A stretch of DNA of 64,000 nt, taken from Podarcis pityusensis (Eukaryota). The notes under the pieces are model-generated. The model did not search any database and had not been told where the DNA came from. It worked only from the letters and a program-made list of their open reading frames with translations. Made by a program: the position numbers and the translations under genes. The DNA lies in NCBI GenBank assembly GCA_964106645.2, contig OZ067042.1. One strand, given 5' to 3'. Positions 24,265-37,161 of this stretch are shown one piece after another (the stretch's first letter is position 1; each line of letters starts with the position of its first letter).

Positions 24265-26446
24265 TATTTAATTTAGCTCTGTTTGCACAAGCTTGGTTCT
24301 TGTTTCCCAACTGGTGATGCAATTCTATGTGCTTGAAAGAATATATTATCCTCAGGAGGAAACTAAACCAATATAACAACTAATTGAAAAGTTCCAGTTG
24401 AGCCTCCTTTGCTTCTGCTGTAGGTTTAGGAGCACAAGGCTGCAAAACTTTGAAGGTTCAAGGACTCTTGCCTCATAGAGGGATTTCATTCTATGCAGTA
24501 TTTATCACATAGGATTATCCGAAGTTAGTTTAAATAATACTTTAAACTGGTCTAGCGATGGAAACGTGCAAGCAATTAATGTTGGCAGTCATTTAGTGAG
24601 TCTGGACAAGGCAAAGAGCAAAATAATGCTGTGACAGCTGGCATTCACACTAGTAGGATAAGGATGATAGATGTTGTGTGTGCCTGAGCAGGATGAACCT
24701 TCCTTTGTGCTCTGGAAGCACATGTGATATCTCATAACTCAATGTGAAATTTAGAAGCTCTCCGCTACTGATGAAATGGCACGGAAAATCTGTCACCCTG
24801 AATATATATTCAGTAGATGGAAGATGCGAAAATTCAGAATTCAGGGGAGATTTGGGAGAGGACCTCTGACCACTGGGCCACTACAACCCCTCGGTTACCT
24901 GAGCATGTGCAATAATTGCTAGCATGCCCCACCACCTATAGGAATCCAGCAAGCTACCATGCAAAGCCTCCAAAAAGCATGAGCAAACTTTAGGCAATTG
25001 AAAGGGGATGGCAGTTTCCCAACAAACCACTTATACTGTACTGGATATACCGCTTTTTGTTTAAAAAAAAAAATAGTAGCTAGGGCCCAGAATGCTCCCT
25101 ATTCTTCAACCTCTAGGATTTTCACCTCCAGTCAGACCAGAGAAAGCTGCTGATACTGTTCTCCACTTGTTCCTTCCAGTTGCCTGTATTCCTGTTTTTT
25201 CTAATCACCTGTTGCTGGGTTTGAGAACTTGCTAATGAACCATGTGAGTAATTTCCCAGACACTTGTTTTGAAGGTTTCCTTCTCTCCCCACCCTGAGTT
25301 TGTCCTGGGAGTTATCACTTCTTCCTGGATAGATCTGTGAGTGTTCCAGAGTGTCTAATTTATTCTAGCCAGCTCCTCCTCTTATTTGTGAACGTTCAAG
25401 TTTGCATTATATGACAGTGCTTGGAATTTATTGTGCTCTTTTTTAATACACGGAATTCAGGGCTGTGGCAGTTATTTCGCTCTCCAGTCTATACTGCTAG
25501 TCTTTATGAGCTGTGGTTGCAAAATTTAGCCGGAGATTTACTTTTCTGTTGCTCCTCAGCGTTCACAACTGTTTACAGATGTGTACATACAGTAAAAATC
25601 CTTGAAAATTCTTACAGATGACGTGTACATGAGACGGCTTGGGACTAGTTTACTTAAGGAATTGCCTTGTGCCCTTTGTGGCAACCTGCCCACTTCCATC
25701 TACAGAACTGCTGCTAAATGTGGGCAAGGGCTTGAGTTTTCAGTATGGCGGCACTGGAACTCCCTATTTATTAACTTTAGGCAGGAGCCCTCACTGCTTT
25801 AGATGCCTGTTTCAGCAAGCCAATCTGGACATGTAAACAAGTTATGCATATCTGTTGTCTTTATTTTTTTTAAATGTAGAGCGATACTCATTTTAAATTG
25901 CTCTGTGTACATTGCTTAGAGATTCTTTGATTAAGTGGTTTATAGTTTCTCCTAAATAAAAATAAGTAAGTTCTCCTGTTCACCAGCTTAATTTTCCTTC
26001 TTCAGCATGTTCTACTTCAATCCACAGAATCACTACGATTCAGTTTCAAGTAAGTTATTTTTTGTCGCAATACTAACTAGCTGTTTTCCATTACACCTGG
26101 GACTGTACACAGTCACTATGCAACACAATGTTAATAATAATGTACTCATAAAACTGTTTTGATAGTCTTGAAGGACTGGAAGTTACCAAATACATCATAT
26201 GCAATTAGAATGTTAGGTAATCCCTGTGTTATGCTAACGTTGGGAAATGTCCTGTGATTATATTGAGGCAGTCCTTGCATATTTAAAAACTTTACTGAAG
26301 TGCCTATACCGACTTGTACTAATTAAGATGAGAAACATGTTCAACAGATTGCAAATCTAATTTCTTTGTACCATCGCAGGTAATCTGATTTTAAACAGCC
26401 TAGTTAAGCCAGGTAAAAGCTGTAGCAGAGTTCACAGCTATACTAT

Positions 26447-26460
26447 CCACCAGAGGGAGT
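26447..26460 (+). promoter_or_regulatory. Candidate CTCF site (CCACCAGAGGGAGT)
   Basis: Match to the CTCF core consensus; motif evidence only. Confidence 0.4.
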
Positions 26461-26525
26461 CTTTATGCAAGTATTACACAAAACAGGCTAGTAGTATTAG
26501 AAAGCCTTTCCTTTGTACTGTAAGG

Positions 26526-26994
26526 CAGAGGTTTTCAACATTTTTGAGTCCATGGCTCCCTGGACCAACTACATTATTTCTGTGGCACCCCTGTGGGGCT
26601 CAGGAGCCCAGTTATGTCACCCCTTGCCTGCAGAGCTGGCAGCCTCTCACCCTTTTTCAAACACCCTCCTTTGTGGAGAGTTCCCTCAGACTCCTCTTCT
26701 CTCCCCTCTCCTTGGGAGTCCTCCAGGCAGCTGCTGTCCCTGGTCTCTGAGCTGAACACTCCCCCCCCCCCACACACAAAGTGAGGTGCCCCCAGATGCA
26801 CCATTCGCCTGGGGAGCTTGTAGCCAGGGCTGCTGCAACAAACAGCTGTGCAAGCCTTTGGGAGGCAGAGACGTGAGAGGGCATCAGAGGAGGGAGGGAA
26901 GGAAAGAGGGACAGAGGCCAGTGTTGTCCACAGCACCGCTGACCATCATTCAAGGCACCCCAGGGTGCCAAGGCACACTGGTTGAAAAACACAG
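26526..26994. mobile_element. hAT (Charlie-like) non-autonomous element
   Basis: Ends cagaggttttcaac / gttgaaaaacacag; exact 8-bp TSD CTGTAAGG. Confidence 0.82.
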
Positions 26995-27342
26995 CTGTAA
27001 GGAAATGTTGAAGAATCATGAACCCGAAAGCTAGGTGCATACTATTGAAAACAGTTGTCTTGCTACTTATACCAATGCTATATTAATAAATATAAATTCC
27101 ATAATTTCCACTAGGTGATTCACTCTGCCTTCCTGCAAACCAGAGATGGAAATACAATGTCATCATACCTGATCATTTTTGATACTTAGGGAGCACGACT
27201 TCCCTTATCAACCCTGCACTTGCTCTCCAAGAACCCAGAAATTGATAAGGAAAGCTACTTCGCTACATCACCCTGTTTTTCCATGTTGTTCCAACAGTAC
27301 AGAGCCCCCAGAACAAAGCCCTTTATTAATATGTCCACTTAC

Positions 27343-27411
27343 CAAAGGTTGCTGAGGGTGCATTGCTTGGAGACTAAGCACCTGCTGCTGTCCCTGCTGC
27401 TGCTGCTGCAA
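27343..27411 (-). CDS. MED12L: MED12L exon LQQQQQGQQQVLSLQAMHPQQPL
   Basis: ttttgcag|TTG...TTG|gtaagt, 69 bp, phase 0/0. Confidence 0.9.
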
Positions 27412-27967
27412 CTGCAAAAATATGGCCAATGTGACTATAATACTACCTATGATGCTGTCATAGAAAGACAATAACAAAGTTGCCTTTAAGAACAAAGGGA
27501 TATTGCTTTCAATAAGCTGTGTTCATGAACTGTGATAAGATATTTTAAGGTTCCCTTCACCAACTGCATGTTATACTTTGAATTTCTAAAACCTAGTGCA
27601 GCTAGACAAACTTTCAAAACCATTTTCTCCCAGCAGATAAATATTTAATGCTTCCTTAACTACAGCCCTTGTCCTGTTATTTTAATTCAACTATATACAT
27701 GTTTTCACAACACTCACTTTTAAAGAAAATTGCTGAAGCCCTTTGGAAAAGGTCAGCTACACATCTTGCAACAATTTAAACAATTTAAACAAAATCCTTT
27801 TTTGAGAGTAGGGGTGAGACTTGAGCTTATTATTATTATTATTTTGACCCTTCTTTTCTATCTAAGAGGCTTATAAAATTAAGAGCAGTAAAATGTAAAT
27901 TTGAGAGAAGACAGGCCCTAAGAAAGCAATGCAGACACACAAATATGAATAGGTGCGTAGCTAAATA

Positions 27968-28217
27968 CAGTCGTACCATGGGAGTTAAACGGAATCCGTT
28001 CCAGAAGTCTGTTCGACTTCCAAAACATTCGGAAACCAAAGTGCGGCTTCTGATTGGCTGCAGGAAGCTCTTGCAGCCAATCAGAAGCCACGGAAGCCCC
28101 ATCAGATGTTCGGCTTCCAAAAATAGTTCGCAAACCGGAACAGTCACTTCTGGGTTTGTGGAGTTCAGGAGCCAAAACGTTCGGGAACTAAGCTGTTCAA
28201 AAACCAAGGTACGACTG
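27968..28217. mobile_element. Tc1/mariner MITE, family B
   Basis: TA-flanked TIR CAGTCGTACC / GGTACGACTG; central ggcttctgattggctgca/tgcagccaatcagaagcc palindrome; relative at 45655. Confidence 0.85.
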
Positions 28218-28766
28218 TAGTCTAGTGCATGGGCTTTGTATGCATAAGGTGTTGGATTCAGTCCTTGGCATCTCTACTTAAATAATTTCAGGAAGAACAA
28301 CTAAGGAAGGCTTCTGTCTGAGACTTTTGGAGGGCCACTAGCATTCAGACTACACAATTTGGGGCTGGATAGGACTAACGTCGTGGTTACATTCACACAT
28401 CACAGTGAACCATGGCTTATGAATTACCAGGAATGAGCAGAGCACTCCCATTTTGCTCCTTCCTTACTCGTGAGCAGGACCAACAAACCTGTTTTGTCTG
28501 AACTGGGCATCACAGTTTCCTTCACTTAAGCTACAGGAAGTCAGGAACAAAATGTGGCTTCAGGCGGCAATTTGTCTTGAGTGAAACAAACCATGATTCC
28601 CAGTTTGGGCGTAACACCAAGGAAAGTGATTTGTGTGTTCACAATAAGCTGTTAACTAGGGCAGACTATGATGTGTGAATACATCCAGTATCCTAGTGCT
28701 TAAAATTTCATGGAATAGTGCCCCCGGCATAAACACACAGTGACACAAAGGCGACAATTTTCAAAC

Positions 28767-28923
28767 CTGAAGGAGTCTCTGTTGTCGAATTTGTTGTTGT
28801 CTCTGTCTCATCTGTTCCTGAGGCATCTGAACTGAGTTAAGGTTTGGGTGGGAAGCTGTGGCTGGCATAGCATCGAGTGGCCCTCCAACCAAGGGATTCT
28901 GCTGCAAAGGCTGATGACTCAAT
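28767..28923 (-). CDS. MED12L: MED12L exon LSHQPLQQNPLVGG...QQRLLQ
   Basis: ctcag|A...CAG|gtttga, 157 bp, phase 2/0. Confidence 0.92.
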
Positions 28924-29419
28924 CTGAGCAAAAAGAATTGACCGCACATCATTTACAGTTGTGAAAATAAAATGAGAGCCTGCCAGTTTTAATTTTCTAG
29001 ACTTGCACGTTAAATTGAAACTCCAGCAGGGTATCAGCAGCCAAATGAAATATGACTGAAGGTTGCTGAAAGTAATAAAGATAGATAAAATGAAGAAAAA
29101 TGCAAAATAAAGCTTCTCATCTAAGCCAAAATATATAAGCATCTTATTAACATTTTGATTTTTATATTCTTATATACTGCAATCTTTACTGATTTTTTAA
29201 ATGGTTCTAATTATTGAAAAACTATACACTAGAAACAGCCGCAATGTGAACTTTCAGAAATGGAATGAAATCCAAATAATGTTGTCTTTTATCTAAACTA
29301 AAAAGTCAGAAAAGCTGCAGCCTTTCTTCATAGGAGAGCATTTTGGTTGCCCTTTTCTGAACCTCTTCCAGCTCTACAATATCCCTTTTTTAGGTAAGGA
29401 TTAGGACTCAGTTTAACCT

Positions 29420-30268
29420 GCTGACACTCACCAAACTGGGAGGGGTACCTAACGCAGCACAAGACAGAATCATGATTCAATAGGACCTTAACAAATAGGA
29501 GAACTGGGCCAAAACTAAAAACATGGATTCCAATAGGGACAAATGTAAGGTTCTATATGCAGGCAGGAAGAGCCAACTGCACAAACATAAGTTGGGGTAC
29601 ACCTGGCTTGCCCGTAGAACACGTGAAAAGGATCTGTGGGTCTCAGCAGACTATAAGTTTAACATGAGTCAACAGTGTGATAAAGCGGCAAAAAAAGTGA
29701 ATGCTATTCTAGGATGCATCAACAGGCGTATAGTGTCCAGAACGAGGGAAGTCACAGTACTGCTTCATTCTGCATTAGTCAGACCACACCTGGAATACCA
29801 TGTCCAGTTCTGGGCTCCACAGTTTAAGAAGGATGCTGACAGGTTGGACCATGTGCAGAGGAGGGCGACAAGGATTATCATGGGTGTGGAAACCAAGCCT
29901 TATGAGGAACAGTTGAAGGAGTTGGGTGTATTTAACCTGGATAAGAGGAGACTGAGAGGAGAGCCAAACATCTAAAGGGCTCTCACAAGTCAGAGCAAGC
30001 TTCTTTTGTCCCGCTCCAGATGGTAGGACCGGAATCAATGGATTCAAGTTACAGGAAAAGAGATTCCAACTAAACATCAGGAATATCTTTCTGACAGTAA
30101 GGTTTGACTGTGGAACAGACTCCTTCAGAAGGTGGTGGACTCTCCTTTATTGTAGGTTTTTAAACAGAGGTGGGGTGACCTTTTGTCATGGGTGCTTTAA
30201 TTGAGATTCCTGCTTAGCTAGGGGTTGGGACTAGACCTCAGGGTCCCTCTACAATTCTATGATTCTAT
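29420..30268 (+). mobile_element. CR1 LINE 3' fragment (RT C-terminus and 3'UTR)
   Basis: ORF with LVRPHLEYHVQFWAPQFKKD...YEEQLKELGVFNL; ATTCTATGATTCTAT tail. Confidence 0.93.
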
Positions 30269-30681
30269 ATAGCAGGGGGATTACACAGAATCAGGAGACT
30301 GCATGAGACTTCATCACAAGGGTGTGCTAGATTAAAAAAATGAAGCTTTTAATCTCTGGATTATATTGCTGTGTGAAGAATTGCCACATCTCCCCCAAGA
30401 TGTTGCAAAATGCTTTGATCATATACCTCTGTGGAAATGCAATCACGGTTGAGCAAATTCAAAGAAACAAAATAGGCACATTAGGGATTTACTTTCAATT
30501 TAAATGCTATTATACTTAAATGCAATTATAGGCTTTGCAGGATAGAATTTGCCAATAAAGATCTTTTCAAGATTGCGTGTACATTTTGCAACTGCCTGGA
30601 TAAATTAATATTTATTGAATATGTGTAGAAGCAATTAGAGAATGGAATGATAAGTCAAGGATGTGCAATTTTTGCTTTAAA

Positions 30682-31020
30682 AAGGTAAAGGACCCCTGAC
30701 AGTTAAGTCCAGTCGCGAACGACTCTGGGGTTGTGGCGCTCACCTCGCTTTACCGGCCGAGGGAAATGGCGTTTGTCCGCAGGCAGTTTTTCCGGGTCAT
30801 GTGGCCAGCATGACTAAGCCGCTTCTGGCGAACCAGAGCAGTGCACGGAAACACCGTTTACCTTCCCGCCAGAGTGGTACCTATTTAACTACTTGCACTT
30901 TGACATGCTTTCGAACTGCTAGGTTGGCAGGAGCTGGGACCGAACAACAGGAGCTCACCCCGTCGCAGGGATTTGAACCGCTGACCTTCTGATCGGCAAG
31001 CCCTAGTCTCAGTGGTTTAG
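30682..31020 (-). mobile_element. Sauria SINE, slightly 5' truncated
   Basis: aaggtaaaggacccctgac tail and conserved body. Confidence 0.88.
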
Positions 31021-32439
31021 AAGGCAATGGTTTGATTTGATAAAATAGGGTTATTGGGTTTGTTTGTTTTTTAAAAAGGAATGCCAAGTTGAAAATGGCA
31101 ATGACATTGCAAGATCTTACTGTTGTCTATCAATCAGAAGGTTAAAGCAATTTTTGAAGAAATCACAGAAAAATAACCGGACAAAACTGCTATTTGCTGC
31201 AACTGAGATACAGCAAATTATGATTAACTGTTAACAATACAGACCATATTTTCTATAACATGTCATTATCCCAAATCATGTAGGAGCTACATATACACTA
31301 AAGCTCTGGTTGCAGTCTTCCCTTCAGTAGCGGCCAGTGACACACCATGGCTGTCCCAGCTTCCCAACACAGTGAGTCACTGGCAATCACTGAGAGATAG
31401 AGGGGAGGGGAAGGCAAAGGAGCTGGGCCCAGTGCAGCACATCACAGCAAGAGTGACAGTTTGGTTCCACTACCATGTGCCACACAGGGTCAAGCCCTCT
31501 GCACCTCGTGTCTCCCCTCACCCTCTGAGTCAGCCCAGCAATCTGCTGTGCTGGTCAGCCAGGAGAGTAAGGTACCCCACCTGTGCCACCTCACCAGACA
31601 CTACTGCTCCTCCTACTGATGAATTCTTCATGGTAAGAGAGTATATTAGTGTTTTGAAAAAGGACACCATGAATGCTTTGATAGAAGTCCATGTATAGGT
31701 GAAAATCTGAAAGCGTTTGCAAGCTTTATGTATGTAGACTGAGGTCTAGTATTCAGCCACAATGGGAGTCTTGAACTGCGGCAATTAAGATGGCTAATCA
31801 ACATTGAAATCCATAGAATTTTTCAGTTCTTGAGTAATATCAACATGCAATTATATCACTTATCCATCTTGAGATTAATAATCAGAGGAGGAAAAGTCAA
31901 CCATTATCCCACGATTTCCATCCTTGCAAGAATGCAGGGAATTATGTCATCATCGCTCACTAGTAATCCATTGGCTTAGTCTTGGCATTTTATACTTTCC
32001 TAAGAAACAAGACTACTTTCTTCTTCTTCAACAACAAAATGAAACATCTGTAGCATAAAGAAAGCCAAAAGTGTCCCCACAGCTGGCCCCATAGCCTCAG
32101 GGATGCTTTCAAGGAAGCACTGGAAGTTTGCACAAAGACTTTTAATAGCTATTACGGTTTTGGAAAAATGCTCTGTCGAGCTCTGCATTTTGAAACATTT
32201 TATTACAAAGGTCACTAATATGTATTCTAACTCTCTTTATAGGAACCAAAGGGTAATTCTAAGGGATAATTTATTTAACCAATTTTATTAGCTGAAGTTC
32301 TGACATATAAAAAGAACAACCAATCATCTCCAACATACCCACAAATGTGTTAGAAATTGCACCACAGAAGGTTTTAGTAAATTTATTCAAATCTACCCAA
32401 GTAGTAGTAATAGTGGTAGTAGTAGTAAAAATTATTATT

Positions 32440-32680
32440 ATTTATTTATACCCCGCCCATCTGGCTGGGTTTCCCCAGTCACTCTGGACAGCTCCCAACA
32501 GAATATATAAAAAAGCGACACAACATTAAAAGCTTCCCTAAACAGGGCTGCCTTCAGATGTCTTCTAAAAGTCAGTTGTTTATTTCCTTGATATCTGATG
32601 GGAGGGTGTTCCAGAGGGCAGGCGCCACTACCGAGAAGGCCCTCTGACTGGCTTCCTGTAGCTTTACTTCTCGCAGTACA
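32440..32680 (-). mobile_element. L2-like LINE 3' end
   Basis: tatttataccccgccc...gggagggtgttccagagggcaggcgccactaccgagaaggccct, typical of squamate L2 ends. Confidence 0.65.
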
Positions 32681-33073
32681 AATCTGAGGCCCAAGATTTA
32701 AGGATTTGTAGGGATTTTCAGTGGGTGGGAATTTTCAAAGGCATTCATCAGAGGCCTAATCCCACGCAGCATGAGAATGAAAAGTAAAGGAGCTACGCAA
32801 CGTGTTGCAAATAGTAAAGATGGGCAAGAGGCAAGAAGCAGCAAGATCTACTGAAATCTCAGCTGGGGCTATATACTAATTATTTGGAACCAATCAGGCT
32901 CTGGGTGATTTGTCATCCAGCATCAGAGGTTAGGCAAAATCCACAGCTTGTCTGCCCTTACAGATTGGTCAACTGCGTATACCTTCTTTCAGCATTTCTC
33001 AGACCTATTTTCAAAACTCTCTTTCCAAAGGTTATGTACATCAAGATATCAAAGGTCCTGATAAACATCTTAC

Positions 33074-33294
33074 CGCTGGTTGCCTGTTAGAGGCTGAGGA
33101 TAGGCAGCTGCTTGCTGATGAATGTACCCACTCGGCTGTTGTTGTGTCTGCCGTAGCCTTTCCATCAGAGCAGGGTTCAAATGAGCTGCTTGATAGGCCC
33201 TGGAGTTGTAGGTAGGCGAAAGGACGAGGCCTCCGGCCTGCTGTGATTGCAACGGCATCTGAGTGCTATACATTGTGTAGCCATGAGGAATAGT
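33074..33294 (-). CDS. MED12L: MED12L exon TIPHGYTMYSTQMPLQ...LTGNQR
   Basis: gtgcag|ACT...CG|gtaaga, 221 bp, phase 0/2. Confidence 0.94.
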
Positions 33295-34135
33295 CTGCAC
33301 ACAAAAAACAGGCCAAGGCACAAGTTGCTTTGATTTCGATGCTTCTAAAGAAAGCTTGCCATTATCACTATTTATTTATTTTTTAAACAAACAAACAAAC
33401 AAGCAACACACCAGGATGACAAGGAATGTATATTGTGCTGTTACTTGAAACAGCAACCAGACACTTTAAAAAAATCCCCATAGTTTAATTATGCTTACTT
33501 TGAATTTGCTAGGCTCAAATGGCAGCCATACATGTTTGCGGGTTTCGTATTATTCTACCTTTTCAACACAGCAAAAGCTGGGCAATATATGATAAATGAA
33601 ACCTCCAAGCTACTGCTTTTATGCAGAGCGGTTTTCCACACAGAGGATGGTCTGGCATGATTGTGGCAGCACCATTCCAGCTGCTTCACTTCTGCATAAA
33701 TCACAGCTTTCGTGTAAAAGCATAAATTCACGCAAATAATATCTTCTGGCCACAAGGACATGGGGGTAAGGGCACGGGTTTCCCATCTTCTTGCATGCAA
33801 AATGCCATCAGTTCTGACTAGCCCATATTTACTAAACTTATGAATGTCGAATTTTAGAATTGTGAAAGCTTCTTTTATTCAGGGTTATAAAGGGAGAGTC
33901 ATGAAAGATCCCGGCCGTTTTAAAAACCCCTCATAAAACCTGCAGGGTCGTATGCAATCAAGTTCTACTCAAGAGTTGACCCACACTGAAATTAGTAGAC
34001 CTAGTTTAGTCATGCCCATAAATTTCAGTGGGTCTACTCTGAGTACAACGAACACTGAACACGACTGGATCTCAGTGTAAGGCATAGGCAAGGCCTTAGC
34101 ACATCCTTTCCCTACACAGACCAATTATTACTTAC

Positions 34136-34225
34136 CTGTGTCTGCTGTATCCCTGGATATTGCGGAAGCTGAGAAGCTGGCCGGATTTGTTGAGCAAAAA
34201 GAGCAGCCTGGTCGATAGTCGGACC
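34136..34225 (-). CDS. MED12L: MED12L exon GPTIDQAALFAQQIRPASQLPQYPGIQQTQ
   Basis: tttgcag|GGT...CAG|gtaagt, 90 bp, phase 0/0. Confidence 0.93.
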
Positions 34226-35085
34226 CTGCAAAAAAATAAAAATTAAAAATAAAAAAAATATATATTACTTATTGTAAATTTAAAGATTACATGTTTAGGG
34301 ACACCAGTGCAAACAGTTCAGGCATTCAAGGCATTTTAAAATACAACCGAAGAACAGAAGTTGGTATGTTTCCAATATTTTTCTTTCAGAAGGCAAGTGA
34401 TGCCAAGTTATACATTATGTATATAGCTGAATTTCTTAACTGCATGTTTTTAAAAAAAGGAATTGGATGTCTCTTTGACCTTTTCTTCTTTCAACCCAGT
34501 TACTGAGGTGCTTTCATGCTTTCCCCCTGGAACATTTCCCTGGAGTGTTTAATCTCGGCAAAACAGCTACTCAGCCTGGTTGAATGACATTGGGCAAGGC
34601 TGGGGTGGGGTGAAGAAGAAGCCTGCAAGTCCTAGCCCTGCTGACTCTTCCAAACATCTTCCATCAGGAAGCAGGAAGAAGCAGGGTGTCCTCAGAGGAC
34701 GAGAGCAGTCCCTACGGAGCTCTGAAGGAATGACACAAGTGAGATGCAACACAAAAACACACATCAGCAGTGCGGAGAGAACTGGCTGAGGAAACACGCT
34801 GCTGACCCTTCGGTCGTTTTTATTTGATTTGATCCTGGGGATTTGAAGCTGAGGTGGTGATTTTAGGAAAGTGTGTGAGAGAAAAGACAAAAGATACTGA
34901 GAGGGCAAGTCAAAAAGATCCCAAGAAAAAATGAGAGCAATATTAAGGGAGTCCCGCTCCACCTTGAAATCCTGAGTAACTAACCCTAAATAGTATAGAT
35001 TAAGAGGAGTATCTGGCAAGAAAAACTGCCACCAGTGGCAGGCGTATTTTGAAAACACACAAGAGCCAGTGAGAACAGAGGAGCA

Positions 35086-35099
35086 GTGCCACCTAGTGG
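35086..35099 (-). promoter_or_regulatory. Candidate CTCF site (CCACTAGGTGGCAC)
   Basis: Close match to the CTCF core consensus; motif evidence only. Confidence 0.5.
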
Positions 35100-35259
35100 C
35101 AGGAGGGGAAATAACTTCATGTGGGTTTGGATTTTTATGTTCACATCTTCCCTCTATGGATTTGTGGGCCACGTACCATTAGTTGCAAGAGTTTGGCTTC
35201 TTTGCCATGGTATTTTTTTTTTTTAATTACATCAATTTACTAACTTGGAGCCAGAAGAT

Positions 35260-36479
35260 CTGATGTTACCAGAGTGAACTGTCCAAGAACACAGATGCAA
35301 GCAGGGAGAAGGAAGATCCTCTGGTGCAGTACACAAACCCCTGGACACGAGTAGGACTGTCAGGAGCCATGCTGAGCCTCTAGAGCTACAAAAGTGATTC
35401 CATGCCCTCACCTTGGACACTGATTCTGAGCAAGAGGAGCAACTACAGCAGTTGCAGACCTCAGAACTCTCCGAGGTGGCGGTGGAAGGCACAGTGTACA
35501 GAACGATTCCTGCCACTCTCCAGAGAGGGAAGAGACATGTGGTTGTGGAAAGTGACTTCCTACAGGGAGGAAGTGATCAATAAAGTGAGCGTACAGGGAG
35601 CCTTGGGCGGAAGTGGTCATGGCCTCTTGGCTTTCATTATACCCAGGCAAGGGAAAGCTGAGTATACTTGGCCATGCACTCTAGACTTGAAGTAGGTTGA
35701 TTTCAAAAAGCTTAAGGGACTACTGGGTGAAGGAAGACCCATGCTCAGAAATACTAAAAGAAAAAGGGATTCAAGGTAGATGGGAATTTCTTAGAGGAGA
35801 AATATTGAAGGCACAGATGCAGGCAATTCCAACGAGTGAGAAAAGTGGGAGGTATCTAAAGAAACCAGTGTGCCTGCAGATAACAGGAGAACTGAGATGT
35901 AAGAAGGGTATGTATAAGAAATGGAAGAAAAAGGAAATCATGAAGGAAGAGTATTCACAAGTTGCAGGGGAAAGGTCAGGCGGGCCAAAGCTCAGAATGA
36001 ACTCGTGTTTGGGAGAGAAGTTAAAGATAAGTTTTGAAAAAGGTTTCTTTGGCTATGCTCAAACAAGAGGAAGAACAAGCAAGTAGTAGGTTCCTTGCAT
36101 GGAGAAGACAGAGAAATGTTATTGGGTAACAGAGAGAAGGCAGAACAGCTCAACACCTACTTTGCCTTTGCCTAAAAGGAAAGCAATGCCCAAACTGGCG
36201 ATAACACAATAAACAAAAGAATGGACCCGAATCAATGGATTTAAGTTACAAGGAAGGAGATTCCAATTAAACACCAGGAAGGAATTTCTGACAGTAAGAG
36301 CTGCTAGACAGTGAAACTGACTCCCTTGGAAGGAGGTGGTCTCGCCTTCATTGGAGATTTTTAAGCAGAGGTTGGCTGGTCATCTGCCATCGATGTTTTA
36401 GTTGAAAGGTCTATACAGCAGGGAACTGGACTACATGGCCCCTGGGGTCCCTTCCTACTCTAAAATTCTAAGATTCTAT
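35260..36479 (+). mobile_element. Internally deleted CR1 (ORF1 remnant, ORF2 piece, 3' end)
   Basis: EPLELQK*FHAL and GKRHVVVESDFLQG resemble CR1 ORF1 motifs; WEFLRGEILKAQMQAIP...KKGMYKKWK is ORF2-like; attctaagattcta tail. Confidence 0.75.
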
Positions 36480-37044
36480 AAAAATTAATCCACACATTTT
36501 ATAAACAAAAAAGAAATGTGATGCAATGTCCAGCAGACAAATATTAGGAAAAGGGGACTTAGACATTGATGGATGTGGTCTCATAAGCAAACACAAAACC
36601 CACAGTCAGGCAAAAGGTATATAAATAAACAAATAAGACTACCTTAGCAAAAAAATAGATTGCAGCAGGGTTTTCAAACATTTGGAATGAGAGTCCTTTC
36701 TAAGGGGCTCTTAATCTACCTTCCAGCGAGCGGCAAACTTGCATAGCAGGCAGAGCAGAAACTCCTTGCTAATATGTCAGTTTTTTGGGGGGTGCAGTTG
36801 CAGGGAGAATTGCAGGGAATATATTGCTTGGGGAATGAAATAGGCACCCCAATCCACAGAGTGAAATGTTACAGCTCACACTACCAGCTCAGGATTCTAC
36901 GATTTTGTTGCATGTTGTGCATGAAACCTAACTTGGGTTCTGGGTATGGTTTTATGTGCCTACAATCCTAAATCAAGTAGAGGCTCGACTGGATCAGCAC
37001 ATTCATAAAATGTAAGACAAAGAAAGCAGCTGCTGAGGCCTTGC

Positions 37045-37130
37045 CTGGGCTTGCTGCCTTAGAAGCCGCTGCTGCTGTTGCTGCTGCTGCTGTTGTTGCT
37101 GCTGCTGCTGAAGTAGCTTCATCTGGAGCA

Positions 37131-37161
<31 letters not shown>

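Noticed and set aside
29523-29975. 150-aa ORF as a host gene
   Set aside because: CR1 reverse transcriptase C-terminal fragment, 5' truncated.
31325-31606. Old hAT-like MITE (cagtagcggccagtga / tcaccagacactactg)
   Set aside because: TIRs are imperfect and the putative 8-bp TSD has three mismatches; too weak to list as a feature.
34567-35172. 201-aa minus-strand ORF
   Set aside because: No domain-like features and no supporting splice or start context; lies opposite a purine-rich, probably TE-derived stretch.
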